A DNA stretch of 32,000 bases from Methanocaldococcus jannaschii DSM 2661 (lineage in GTDB: Archaea; AGJL01; Methanococci; Methanococcales; Methanocaldococcaceae), in assembly GCF_000091665.1 (NCBI RefSeq), contig NC_000909.1, positions 880,712-912,711 of the forward strand, in the 5' to 3' direction. Below, piece by piece: positions 18,415-27,750 of this stretch; the first letter of the stretch is position 1, and every line of letters begins with the position of its first letter. Position numbers and translations under genes: made by a program. Under the pieces are notes generated by a model that searched no databases, was not told where the DNA came from, and saw nothing but the letters and a program-made list of their open reading frames with translations.

Positions 18415-19143
18415 ATGACAGGCAAAGTTATCTTAGTAGGAGCAGGACCGGGAGACCCAGAGTTGATAACAATAAAAGGTTTAAAAGCTATTAAAGAGGC
18501 AGATGTTGTTGTTTATGATGATTTAATATCAAAAGAGCTATTAAATTATGCTAAAAAAGATGCCGAGCTAATTTATGTTGGTAAAAGAAAGGGAAAACAT
18601 TCATTTAAACAAGAAGAGATTAATAAAATATTGGTTGAGAAGGCAAAGGAAGGAAAGTTAGTTGTTAGATTAAAAGGTGGAGACCCATTTGTTTTTGGTA
18701 GAGGTGGAGAAGAGATTTTAGAGTTAAAGAAGCATAACATACCTTATGAGGTAATTCCGGGAATAACGTCAGCTATAGCAGTCCCAGAGGTTGCTGGGAT
18801 TCCAGTTACTCATAGAAAGGTAGCTACCTCCTTTACAGTAGTTACAGGGCATGAGGCAGAGGATAAGAAAGAGAAACAGGTAGATTTAAGCAAGTTAAAT
18901 GCTGATACTATTGTAATTTTAATGGGAATAACTAATTTGGAAAATTTGGTTAAAGAGTTGTTGCAAAACCCAAAAAGAAGTAAAGAAACACCAGTAGCAA
19001 TCATTATGGAGGGAACTACAAAGAATCAGAGAGTTATAAAAGGGACTTTGGGAGATATTGTTGAAAAGGCTAAAAAAGAAAATGCAAGACCTCCAGGAGT
19101 TATAGTTGTTGGTGAGGTTGTTAATGTGTTAGATAGTCAATAA
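18415..19143 (+). CDS. cobA: Uroporphyrinogen-III C-methyltransferase
   Basis: VILVGAGPGDPELITIKG, RLKGGDPFVFGRGGEE, PGITSAIAVPEVAGIPVTHR. Start revised from 18382 to ATG 18415 behind GGTGA. Confidence 0.93.
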   Translation: MTGKVILVGAGPGDPELITIKGLKAIKEADVVVYDDLISKELLNYAKKDAELIYVGKRKGKHSFKQEEINKILVEKAKEGKLVVRLKGGDPFVFGRGGEEILELKKHNIPYEVIPGITSAIAVPEVAGIPVTHRKVATSFTVVTGHEAEDKKEKQVDLSKLNADTIVILMGITNLENLVKELLQNPKRSKETPVAIIMEGTTKNQRVIKGTLGDIVEKAKKENARPPGVIVVGEVVNVLDSQ

Positions 19144-19153
19144 ATTAATTTTT

Positions 19154-20488
19154 GTGATTAAAATGATAAAGAATGTTGCTATAATCTACCCAAACAAATT
19201 TAAAGCTGGGATTTCTTGCTTAGCTGTGCATGTTCTAGCTAATCATTTAAGCAAATATAGAGATTTAAATGTAGGAGTGTATTTCTTAGAGAATTATGAT
19301 AGAATAAAAAATTTTGATGCAATTTTTATTACTCTACAGTATGAAAACGATTACTTTAATGCAATAAAGATAATTAAAGATTTGAGAAAAAATAACCCAA
19401 ATGCTATTTTTGTTGCTGGAGGGCCTTGTGTAATGGAAAATTTTTTCCCAATAGCTGAGTTTTTTGATGTATTTATCGTTGGAGAGATTGAGGGCAGTGA
19501 TGTAATGCTAAAAGTTATAAATAGAGAGTTTGATGTTGAGGGTGTTTATTCAAAATATTTAGAGAAGGATAAAGTTAAAAGAATCTATCCAAAAAAATTA
19601 ACTATAGATGATTATCCAATATATCAGCCAACCTCTGAAGAGGGAGCTTATGGAAAATCCTTCTTATTAGAGATTGGTAGAGGATGTCCAAGAAGATGTA
19701 GATTTTGCTTAGCGAGAGCTATCTATTATCCACCAAGGTTTAGAAAGCTTGATGATTTAATGTATTTAGCAGAAGAAGGAGTTAAGGTTAATAAAGTCAA
19801 TAAAGTTGCTTTAATAGCCCCATCAGTTGGAGATTACAAGTATATAGTTGAGTTATGCAACTTTTTGGATGATATGGGAGTTCATATATCTCCTTCATCT
19901 TTAAGGGCAGATACATTAAACGATGATTTGATGAGAATTTTAAAGCCTAAAACTTTAACCATAGCTCCAGAAGCTGGAAGTGAAAGGTTAAGAGAGTTTA
20001 TAAAAAAGGACATTAGAGAGAGGGACATAGCTAATGCCATTGATTTAGCTAAAAAATTTGGAGTTGAAAAGGTTAAGCTCTATTTTATGGTTGGCATTCC
20101 GACAGAGACTGATGAAGATATTGAAGAACTTATAAATTTAACGAAGAAAGTAAAGAAAGAAATTAGAAAAGTAGAAATCTCAGTCAATCCAATGATTCCA
20201 AAGCCACATACAGATTTTGAGGTAGAAGAGTTTGATTTATCATCTAAGAAAAAAATTAAGTATATTGAGAAGGCATTAAAAAAAGAAGGTATTAGGGTAG
20301 AATATGAGAACTTCAACTCCATGATTTGCCAGTGTATATTGGCAAGGGGGGATGAAAATCTTAGCAAATATTTAGATTACTCAAAAAATCCAACAAGCTT
20401 AATTAGTGCTTTAAAGAAAGATAGATTGTTGGATAAATACTTAGGAAGGTTTGAAGATAAAGGTGTTTGGAAAAATATTATTCTCTAA
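19154..20488 (+). CDS. Radical SAM protein with N-terminal B12-binding-like domain
   Basis: Radical SAM cluster CPRRCRFC; N-terminal AIFVAGGPCVMENFFPIAEFFDVFIVGEIEG. Confidence 0.88.
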   Translation: MIKMIKNVAIIYPNKFKAGISCLAVHVLANHLSKYRDLNVGVYFLENYDRIKNFDAIFITLQYENDYFNAIKIIKDLRKNNPNAIFVAGGPCVMENFFPIAEFFDVFIVGEIEGSDVMLKVINREFDVEGVYSKYLEKDKVKRIYPKKLTIDDYPIYQPTSEEGAYGKSFLLEIGRGCPRRCRFCLARAIYYPPRFRKLDDLMYLAEEGVKVNKVNKVALIAPSVGDYKYIVELCNFLDDMGVHISPSSLRADTLNDDLMRILKPKTLTIAPEAGSERLREFIKKDIRERDIANAIDLAKKFGVEKVKLYFMVGIPTETDEDIEELINLTKKVKKEIRKVEISVNPMIPKPHTDFEVEEFDLSSKKKIKYIEKALKKEGIRVEYENFNSMICQCILARGDENLSKYLDYSKNPTSLISALKKDRLLDKYLGRFEDKGVWKNIIL

Positions 20489-20610
20489 AAATTTCAAATT
20501 TGTATATTTCCATAAGATTATGAGATTAGAAACTATCACTTTTTTAAGTTAAAACTTTAAAAAATAAGAATCATCTAAATTTTAGAAAAAACAATAAAAA
20601 TAGTTGCAAA

Positions 20611-21228
20611 TTATTCATTATTTTTTTCTATTGCTTTTAAAACTTCCAATCCAAATAATCTTGCATAGTCAGGAGATTTTGCAGTAATTACATTACCATC
20701 AACTACAACTCCTCTATCTTCATAAATAGCTCCTGCCTTTTTTAACTCTTCTATAGCCTCTGGAGCTGGATATACAGTTGCTTTCTTGCCTTTTAAGATT
20801 CCTGCTCTTGCTAAAACTACTGGAGATAAGCAGATTGCTGAGACAACCTTATTTTTATTGTAAAATTCTTTAACTAATTCTATCAATTTTGTGTTATTCC
20901 ATAAATACTCTTTTGAACCAATTCCCCCCACTATAACTATAGCCACATAATCATCAGGATTTACATCATATATGGTTTTTTCAACAGTTATTTTATTACC
21001 TAACATCCCCACACATTCTCCTTTTGTAGTTGATACAACATCAACCTTTAAACCATTTGACTCAAATACTGCCATTGGCTCAAAAAGTTCTTCATCTCTA
21101 AAGTCCTTTGGAGCTATAACCATTAAAACTTTTGCATTTTTCATATTTTCCCTCTTTTCATTAGAATTAGTTATGCACATTGAAGAAACTAAAGCTAAGG
21201 TTATTAATATCACTGCCAACCTCTTCAT
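20611..21228 (-). CDS. DJ-1/PfpI family protein with predicted lipoprotein signal peptide
   Basis: MKRLAVILITLALVSSMC lipobox-like N-terminus, then KVLMVIAPKDFRDEELFEPMAVFE...VVSAICLSPVVLARAGILKGKKAT. Confidence 0.85.
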   Translation of the reverse strand: MKRLAVILITLALVSSMCITNSNEKRENMKNAKVLMVIAPKDFRDEELFEPMAVFESNGLKVDVVSTTKGECVGMLGNKITVEKTIYDVNPDDYVAIVIVGGIGSKEYLWNNTKLIELVKEFYNKNKVVSAICLSPVVLARAGILKGKKATVYPAPEAIEELKKAGAIYEDRGVVVDGNVITAKSPDYARLFGLEVLKAIEKNNE

Positions 21229-21283
21229 GCTCCCACAATAATTCTTTATATCTGAACGTATATATTTAATTAATGGGGTAATT

Positions 21284-22105
21284 ATGAAAGTGGCTATAGT
21301 GTTTGACAGTGCTGGGACTCTTGTAAAGATAATGAGAGTTATTAAAGATTTAAAGAAAAATAAGTTTATTTGTAATAGCCAGACGGTTGATATAGTGGAT
21401 AAAAAAAAGGGTAGAGCATTAGTTATAATTAAAGAAGACCCTTTAAAGGTAGTGGATAAAGAAAATCCAGAAAAATTAATATCTGACTTATTAAAAGAGG
21501 TTGAAATTGGTATATCTTATTGTAACCCACCGATAAATAGAGAAGGAATTTTCAAAGATAGAAAAACCAAGGTTAAAGAATTACAAGAGCCATTAAACAT
21601 TTTAAAGAGATATGAAGTAGAAACTGGGTATGGAAGTGCTTTAATAATAGACACTTATGCTGGAGAGGTTGAATACACAATAGCAACAGCTGGATGTTTA
21701 TTTAAAGAGGTTAAAGAAACAATTAAACAACTAAAAGATTTAGGAGTTAAGGTTTTCATTGCTTCTGGAGATAGAAAAGGGTTTATAAAGAGATTAGCTG
21801 AAATTACTGGGGTTGATGAACGATATATAATGGCAGAGGCTCATCAGGAGTTAAAGAGAGATTTAATAAGAAATCTAAAAAAAGAGGGGTACTTTACAAT
21901 AATGGTAGGGGATGGAGCTAACGATGTCCCAGCAATGATTGAAAGTGATTTAGCAGTGGTAACATTGCAAAATGGGAATGTTTCGAGGAGAGCTCTCGAA
22001 ACAGCTGATATAAAGATTTACAACATAAAGGAAATAGTTGATATATGTAAAAAAGTTATTAATGGAGAAATTAAAGGTAGAATGCAAATTAAGGAGTGTT
22101 CTTAA
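21284..22105 (+). CDS. Soluble HAD phosphatase resembling the P-type ATPase catalytic domain
   Basis: DSAGTL (motif I), FIASGDRKGFIKRLAEITGV, MVGDGANDVPAMIESDLAV. No transmembrane segments. Confidence 0.88.
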   Translation: MKVAIVFDSAGTLVKIMRVIKDLKKNKFICNSQTVDIVDKKKGRALVIIKEDPLKVVDKENPEKLISDLLKEVEIGISYCNPPINREGIFKDRKTKVKELQEPLNILKRYEVETGYGSALIIDTYAGEVEYTIATAGCLFKEVKETIKQLKDLGVKVFIASGDRKGFIKRLAEITGVDERYIMAEAHQELKRDLIRNLKKEGYFTIMVGDGANDVPAMIESDLAVVTLQNGNVSRRALETADIKIYNIKEIVDICKKVINGEIKGRMQIKECS

Positions 22106-22123
22106 TATAAGACATTATTTATA

Positions 22124-22341
22124 GATTAAAATTAGCCATTTCGGAATGGAAATCTGTCTAAAATGTAGTGTTTCCATTTAAATGTCTCAGTTAATTAAAT
22201 CAGACCGATTCGGAATGGAAATAAGGACTGGGATGGATTTGCATTTAATAAAGATATGTAATTAAAATCAGACTAATTCGGGATGAAAACTAAGTTTCTT
22301 TCTGTCTCCTTAGCTTCCAATATTGATTAAAATCAGCTTTT
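22124..22341 (+). CRISPR. Degenerate CRISPR array: three near-full-length repeats plus one truncated repeat
   Basis: 22124-22153 GATTAAAATTAGCCATTTCGGAATGGAAAT; 22193-22222 AATTAAATCAGACCGATTCGGAATGGAAAT; 22261-22290 ATTAAAATCAGACTAATTCGGGATGAAAAC; truncated ATTAAAATCAGC at 22326-22337. Period 65-69 nt with non-repetitive 35-39 nt spacers. Confidence 0.82.
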
Positions 22342-22410
22342 AAGAGGTTAAACGTGGACGTGATTCACAGTTAGGTAGAAATTCATAAAAATAGTAATAT
22401 TATAAAGTGT

Positions 22411-23223
22411 TCAGTAATAAATATTACAAACTATTGGATTTTTTAAAATAGATAATGCATCTTCTAATGTTTCTTTTTTTGAAATGCAGAATAAAGTATT
22501 TCCTAACATGGATTGTGAAGCTCCAACTGTAAATTTTAAGTCTTCACAGATGGATAAGATTTTCTCATTTATTAGTCCAGTATTTACTGCAAATTCATAA
22601 GAAAGATTGACAAAATTTTCCAAAGTAGGATTTTTTAAAAGCTCATTTAAGCATCTCTCTCCATATTCATTTATTTTTTTAATCCAAATATCATTAGTTA
22701 TTATCTCTTTTGTCTCTTTTTTACCAAAAATTTCAATTATAATGTAGTAATCATCATCAACAACGATTTTTTCAACATTTATAGGAAATCCAGGAGTTTT
22801 TCTTATGACAAAACCTTTAACATATTGAGCAATAACATCTCCCAATCCAGTTCCACATTCTACTTCGCTTATATGGGCTATCTCTGCATAATTTTCATTT
22901 AAATTCAACATTTCATTTAGTTTTTTAGCTAATATTAAAGCACATCCTCCAGACATTCCTAATCCACTACCTAAGGGAAAGTCAGATGAAAATATTATGT
23001 CATAATCATCATTATATCCAAATTTTTTATAATGTTCAATAACTTTTTCAACGGCACAGATATTTACTTTCTTATTATTATAAAAAATACTACCATTTCC
23101 TTCTTTTAATTCTACATTAACTCCTCTATCTATAGTAATTCCTGCCCCTATAGAACCAGTTTTTAACTTATTGGAAGATTTACAAATTACAAAAAATCCT
23201 GTTATGTGCCCTGGAGCAAACAT
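22411..23223 (-). CDS. Pantoate kinase (archaeal GHMP kinase family)
   Basis: APGHITGFFVICKS, FSSDFPLGSGLGMSGGCALILA glycine-rich motif, VGASQSMLGN. Confidence 0.85.
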   Translation of the reverse strand: MFAPGHITGFFVICKSSNKLKTGSIGAGITIDRGVNVELKEGNGSIFYNNKKVNICAVEKVIEHYKKFGYNDDYDIIFSSDFPLGSGLGMSGGCALILAKKLNEMLNLNENYAEIAHISEVECGTGLGDVIAQYVKGFVIRKTPGFPINVEKIVVDDDYYIIIEIFGKKETKEIITNDIWIKKINEYGERCLNELLKNPTLENFVNLSYEFAVNTGLINEKILSICEDLKFTVGASQSMLGNTLFCISKKETLEDALSILKNPIVCNIYY

Positions 23224-23363
23224 ACCTCAACCTCCTTAATTACTTAAAACTACTAAAATAGCAATATTATAAACTTTTTATGTAAATTGTTAAGAAATAA
23301 AAAAGAAAGGATATTTATTTAAAATTTATCTTTATTGGAGGAGTTAGTAGATTCTTTATTAAG

Positions 23364-23513
23364 TACTTATCTTCCAAATGCTCTATCGATAATTATCTCT
23401 ACCCATAGGAGGATACCTCCTATTGGGATACCACTTAACACCTCCTCGCTTACGCTCGGAGGTGTAAATTGACATGTTTCTACTTATCTTCCAAATGCTC
23501 TATCGATAATTAT
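23364..23513. repeat. 33-bp perfect direct repeat (23364-23396 and 23481-23513) flanking an 84-bp hairpin-rich insert
   Basis: TACTTATCTTCCAAATGCTCTATCGATAATTAT is present twice, 117 bp apart. The insert contains CCCATAGGAGG-ATA-CCTCCTATTGGG (23402-23427) and ACACCTCC...GGAGGTGT (23438-23465). Confidence 0.9.
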
Positions 23514-23915
23514 ATCAACAATTCTATCATCTGCTCCAATAGGTTCTCTATATATAATTTCAACGTCTTCTGGAATCTCTAATTTTTCATGTTCATGATG
23601 ATGGTGGTGATGATGGTGATGGCTGTGTTCATGATGATGTTCATGGTTATCTTCAATCAACCCCAATAACCTTGGAATATCTCTTGTTGTATGAATTCCA
23701 TGAGCTAAGAAAACAGGAACAACAATGATTCTTTTAGCCCCTTGTTCTATAGCTTTTTTAACTGCTTGAGGTATTGTTGGCTCACTAAACTCCATCAAAC
23801 CAATTTCAACTATTGGGAATAAATTTCTCTCTTTAACTTTCTCAGCTAACTTTACCAGAAGCTCTTTGCTGTAGGGTAATCTACTCCCATGTCCTACTAA
23901 AACCAACGCTTCCAT
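23484..23915 (-). CDS. cfbA: CbiX-type sirohydrochlorin cobalto/nickelochelatase with polyhistidine loop
   Basis: ALVLVGHGSRLPYSKELLVKL, IVVPVFLAHGIHTTRDIPRLLG, His-rich insert NHEHHHEHSHHHHHHHHHHEHEK. Confidence 0.93.
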   Translation of the reverse strand: MEALVLVGHGSRLPYSKELLVKLAEKVKERNLFPIVEIGLMEFSEPTIPQAVKKAIEQGAKRIIVVPVFLAHGIHTTRDIPRLLGLIEDNHEHHHEHSHHHHHHHHHEHEKLEIPEDVEIIYREPIGADDRIVDIIIDRAFGR

Positions 23916-24043
23916 GAACTCACCATTATTATTTTATGTTGTAAGATTCATACCAACTATTATATATACTCTTCGTTTTTATTAGATTTAAAGTTATAGG
24001 TAATTGAAAATAAAAAATATTAAAAATATTTGGAGGATTGAAC

Positions 24044-25135
24044 ATGGATACATCTAAAGTTATATTAATTGTAGCTATAATTATCTGGATAATTTTATAT
24101 AGTATCAGAGATTCAATAAATTTAAAGACTTATGGAGGAATTTTTGGAATTTTAAGGACTAAATTGGGATTAAAAACAATTGAAAAATTAGGAAAATATA
24201 AAATTTGGCAAAAAATAGGAATTATATCAATACCAATATGTGTAATACTTGGATTTTTTATGCTTCTTAATATCATAGATATGAGTATAAGGCTGTTGTC
24301 TGGAACTCTGCCAAAAGAAGCAGCAAAGCCAGTAGTATTTTTATTTGGAGATGTTATTCCATGGATTCCAGGGATTATAGCTCTATTAATAGCAATTTCT
24401 GTGCATGAATTAGCACATGGTATATTTGCCAAATCTTTTGGAATTAAAGTTAAGAGTTCAGGAATTTTATTATTATTAGGATTACCATTGGGGGCTTTTG
24501 TTGAATTAGGAGATGAATTTAAAACAGCTGATAAAAAGATTAGAGGAGCTATAGCCTCAGCAGGTCCATTAGCAAATTTAATAATATTTTTAACATCAAT
24601 TCCATTACTTTCATTTAGCTATACACTACCAACAGAATTAAAAATTATTGATGTTAAAGAACCAGCATCAGAGTTTTTACAAAAAGGAGATATTATTTAC
24701 GAAATTAACGGCAAAAAAATAAATTCATTAGAGGACTTTAAAGAATTTGCCAAAACTATAGAACCAAAAAAAGAGTATGAGATAAAAATTTTGAGGGATA
24801 ATAAAATACTGACGTATAAAATTGTTAGTTCTAATGAAGGAAAACTTGGAATTATGGTTTCTCCAACAAAAAACACGGCATTATTTATAAACACTATCTA
24901 TTGGACTTACTGGTTTAACTTTTTATTAGCTTTATTTAACCTACTCCCAGCTATGCCTTTGGATGGTTTTCACGTATGGAATGCTTTCCCAGAATTATTA
25001 AAAGAGAGAAAAAATAGATTCATTTCTAAAGTAGGTCAAATACTGGAATTATTTATAAATGAAAAAACTTTAGGATCAATAACACTATTAGTTTGGTGGG
25101 TTATTCTGGGGAGCATTTTATATTCAATGTGGTGA
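24044..25135 (+). CDS. M50 (site-2-type) membrane metalloprotease with PDZ domain
   Basis: VHELAHGIFA (HExxH), NLLPAMPLDGFHVWN, PDZ-like GDIIYEINGKKINSLEDFKEF. Start revised to ATG 24044 behind GGAGG. Confidence 0.9.
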   Translation: MDTSKVILIVAIIIWIILYSIRDSINLKTYGGIFGILRTKLGLKTIEKLGKYKIWQKIGIISIPICVILGFFMLLNIIDMSIRLLSGTLPKEAAKPVVFLFGDVIPWIPGIIALLIAISVHELAHGIFAKSFGIKVKSSGILLLLGLPLGAFVELGDEFKTADKKIRGAIASAGPLANLIIFLTSIPLLSFSYTLPTELKIIDVKEPASEFLQKGDIIYEINGKKINSLEDFKEFAKTIEPKKEYEIKILRDNKILTYKIVSSNEGKLGIMVSPTKNTALFINTIYWTYWFNFLLALFNLLPAMPLDGFHVWNAFPELLKERKNRFISKVGQILELFINEKTLGSITLLVWWVILGSILYSMW

Positions 25136-25140
25136 AATAT

Positions 25141-25779
25141 ATGGATATTCTTAACTTCTACATCTATGGATTTGTTTCTCTTTTTATTACAATAGACCCA
25201 ATTGGCTTAATTCCAATAGTGCATTCTCTAACCTATCCCTATCCAAAAGAACAGAGAATTAGAATTATCAAAAAGGCTATAATCTCATCAACGGTAGTTT
25301 TATTGTTATTTGCTTTATTTGGGAATTATATTTTTGGCTATTTTGGGATTACAATAGATGCGTTTAGAGTAGCTGGGGGAATTTTGCTCTTTAAAATAGC
25401 TTGGGACATGCTTCACGCAGAAATTCCAAAAACAAAGCACAAACCAGATGAAAGATTAGACCTTGAAGATATTGATAGTATAGTTTATGTCCCATTGGCT
25501 ATTCCTTTAATCTCTGGCCCTGGAGCTATAACAACAACCATGATTTTGATTAGCAAAACCCAGAGTATCTTAGAGAAAGGGGTTGTTGTTCTCTCTATAT
25601 TATCAGCTATGTTAGTTTCTGGAATCATTTTATCATTAACTGACTTTATAATTAGAAGAGTTAATATTTATGGCATTAACGCCTTTGTAAGAATTATGGG
25701 ATTGCTATTAGTAGCTATCTCAGTGCAAATAATATTTACTGGAATAGTTGGGCTATATAATAGCATTAGCGTTCAATAA
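25141..25779 (+). CDS. MarC family integral membrane protein
   Basis: FITIDPIGLIPIVHSL, VPLAIPLISGPGAITTTMIL. Start revised from 25093 to ATG 25141 behind GGTGA. Confidence 0.92.
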   Translation: MDILNFYIYGFVSLFITIDPIGLIPIVHSLTYPYPKEQRIRIIKKAIISSTVVLLLFALFGNYIFGYFGITIDAFRVAGGILLFKIAWDMLHAEIPKTKHKPDERLDLEDIDSIVYVPLAIPLISGPGAITTTMILISKTQSILEKGVVVLSILSAMLVSGIILSLTDFIIRRVNIYGINAFVRIMGLLLVAISVQIIFTGIVGLYNSISVQ

Positions 25780-25780
25780 A

Positions 25781-27016
25781 TTACTTTTTTTCTTTATTTT
25801 CTAATATTTTCTTTAATTCTTTCATTTTTGGTGGTAATTCTTTCCATCTCCAAAATCCTCTTAAAATCTCATCCTCATCATAACCAAATCTTTTTAAAAC
25901 ATCAACCCATTTATTAAACAACTCTGGATAAAGTTCTTTAACTCTCAAAAATTCAGCATTTAAAGCAGCTGGACACATATAACAACCAATTCTTTCAAAT
26001 CCTTTATCATAGAGTTCATTATAGATAACATCATTTAGATATATCCAGCTCCAGACATCAGTTCCTCTCCAATCCAATATTGGGAAGATGTTTATCTGAT
26101 TTTCAATAAAGCCACTTTTTCTTTCATAAGTTAATTTTTCTCTTGTAAAGCTTTCATATCTCCTTGAGCCATCAATTGTATAAACTCTTTTATATTTCTT
26201 TAAATACTCTTTTAACGGCTCTAATTTGCAAACACTATTACACCATCTATAATCTTTTGTAGGAATACCTTCTTTTTCCAGATATTCCCAAAAGTTTTTG
26301 CCTTTTAAAACAACTAAGTTTAAATCATACTTTTTAGCAAATTTTTTTACAAAGTCTATAGTATCTTTAAATTCTAAGCCGGTATCTATAAAGATGACTT
26401 CTAAATCATCTATAACTTTGTTAGCTAATAAAGTAGAGACAGAAGAATCCTTCCCACCACTAAAAGAGGTATTTATAGCATAATTCTTATTTTTACACAT
26501 TTCATAGTATTTTTTTATGATTGATAGGGATTTTTTCTCTAATTTTTCAATCCTATCTTTGTTTTTTCTTAGATAATCTTCAATCTTTTCAAATCTAAGC
26601 TCTTTCTTTAAAGTTAAGTCCTTAATTTTTATTGTATCTCCTTTTTTAACTGCTACGCCAACATAATTTCCTACTTCAACACCAACATAATCATTCTCAT
26701 TGATATCTTTTAGCTCTTCAGCATTTTCAATTAAATCAACTGGCACTTTTTTGCCTTTTAGCTTTCTCTTTGTTGGTTTTATTTTAATTTTTGGTTCTTC
26801 TATTAAATAATAAGAGGCATAAGGATGAAACTTCCAATCCAAATCAATTAAATCAAATTCTAAGATGCCTATACACTCTCCATTAATAAAAACTTTTTTT
26901 CTGTAATCTAAGCCACCAATCTTCTTTAAAATAATTGCTAAATCATAGGAGAAGTTTTTATTGAGCAGTTTGTTTAAAACATCTATCTCAAACTTAGAGG
27001 CAAATTTATCGTCCAT
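25781..27016 (-). CDS. Phosphoadenosine phosphosulfate reductase-like PP-loop protein with N-terminal PUA-like region
   Basis: INTSFSGGKDSSVSTLLA PP-loop; paired cysteines RWCNSVCK and GCYMCPAA. Confidence 0.85.
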   Translation of the reverse strand: MDDKFASKFEIDVLNKLLNKNFSYDLAIILKKIGGLDYRKKVFINGECIGILEFDLIDLDWKFHPYASYYLIEEPKIKIKPTKRKLKGKKVPVDLIENAEELKDINENDYVGVEVGNYVGVAVKKGDTIKIKDLTLKKELRFEKIEDYLRKNKDRIEKLEKKSLSIIKKYYEMCKNKNYAINTSFSGGKDSSVSTLLANKVIDDLEVIFIDTGLEFKDTIDFVKKFAKKYDLNLVVLKGKNFWEYLEKEGIPTKDYRWCNSVCKLEPLKEYLKKYKRVYTIDGSRRYESFTREKLTYERKSGFIENQINIFPILDWRGTDVWSWIYLNDVIYNELYDKGFERIGCYMCPAALNAEFLRVKELYPELFNKWVDVLKRFGYDEDEILRGFWRWKELPPKMKELKKILENKEKK

Positions 27017-27025
27017 TTTATCACT

Positions 27026-27460
27026 TTAAATTTCAATAATTTCTAAGAAATCTACTCTTTTAAAATCATCGTCAAAGCTACATATTTTATTGATTTTATA
27101 AAACTTACATGTTGAGCAGATTAATGCGTCATTTGGTAATAAACAATATTTTTTAATAATTTCTCTTGAAATTTTAACAATCTCACTATTTAAATCTAAT
27201 ATTTGGAAAATTGAAAAAAGCTCAAAAACTATATCTAAATCTAACGATTTTAAAATCTCTGGATGTTTTTTAATGTCATAATGCCTTTTATTTGTTGTAG
27301 CCCTTATATAAAAGAACAAAACTTCTGATATTACTATAGGATTTATAAATCCACAGATTTCTTTATTCTCTACTTTTTCAATTAGTTTTTTAGCTTCAAC
27401 TTTACCACATAAGTGATATATTAATATATTAGAATCAAAAAATATTTTATTCTCCTCCAT
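27026..27460 (-). CDS. vapC: PIN-domain toxin VapC
   Basis: KIFFDSNILIYHL...NPIVISEVLFFY...LLPNDALICSTCKFYKINKICSFDDDF. Start revised to ATG 27460, overlapping the antitoxin gene. Confidence 0.87.
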   Translation of the reverse strand: MEENKIFFDSNILIYHLCGKVEAKKLIEKVENKEICGFINPIVISEVLFFYIRATTNKRHYDIKKHPEILKSLDLDIVFELFSIFQILDLNSEIVKISREIIKKYCLLPNDALICSTCKFYKINKICSFDDDFKRVDFLEIIEI

Positions 27461-27641
27461 TTTCAATCTCCTCAAGAATTTCTTTAATTTCTTTATCTGA
27501 AAGTTTTAAGATTCCAAAGGTTTTTTCTGAAATCTTTTTTGGGATTATCTTTATCTCAACTTCACAACCCTCTGGAAGATTTATAGATTTTTTAAGTTTT
27601 AAAACTCCTTTCTCATAGATAGCATCAACGACAATTTCCAT
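27447..27641 (-). CDS. DUF104 / AF2212-like antitoxin
   Basis: MEIVVDAIYEKGVLKLKKSINLPEGCEVEIKI. ATG 27641 preceded by GGTGAT. Overlaps the PIN toxin. Confidence 0.88.
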   Translation of the reverse strand: MEIVVDAIYEKGVLKLKKSINLPEGCEVEIKIIPKKISEKTFGILKLSDKEIKEILEEIENGGE

Positions 27642-27750
27642 AACAATCACCATTTAAAATTTCATGCTATTAAAATTATTTATAAGTTTGGAATTTTATT
27701 ATTTGATTATTTAGTTAGGTTATGAACTTGAAAATATAGGTGGGGGATTT

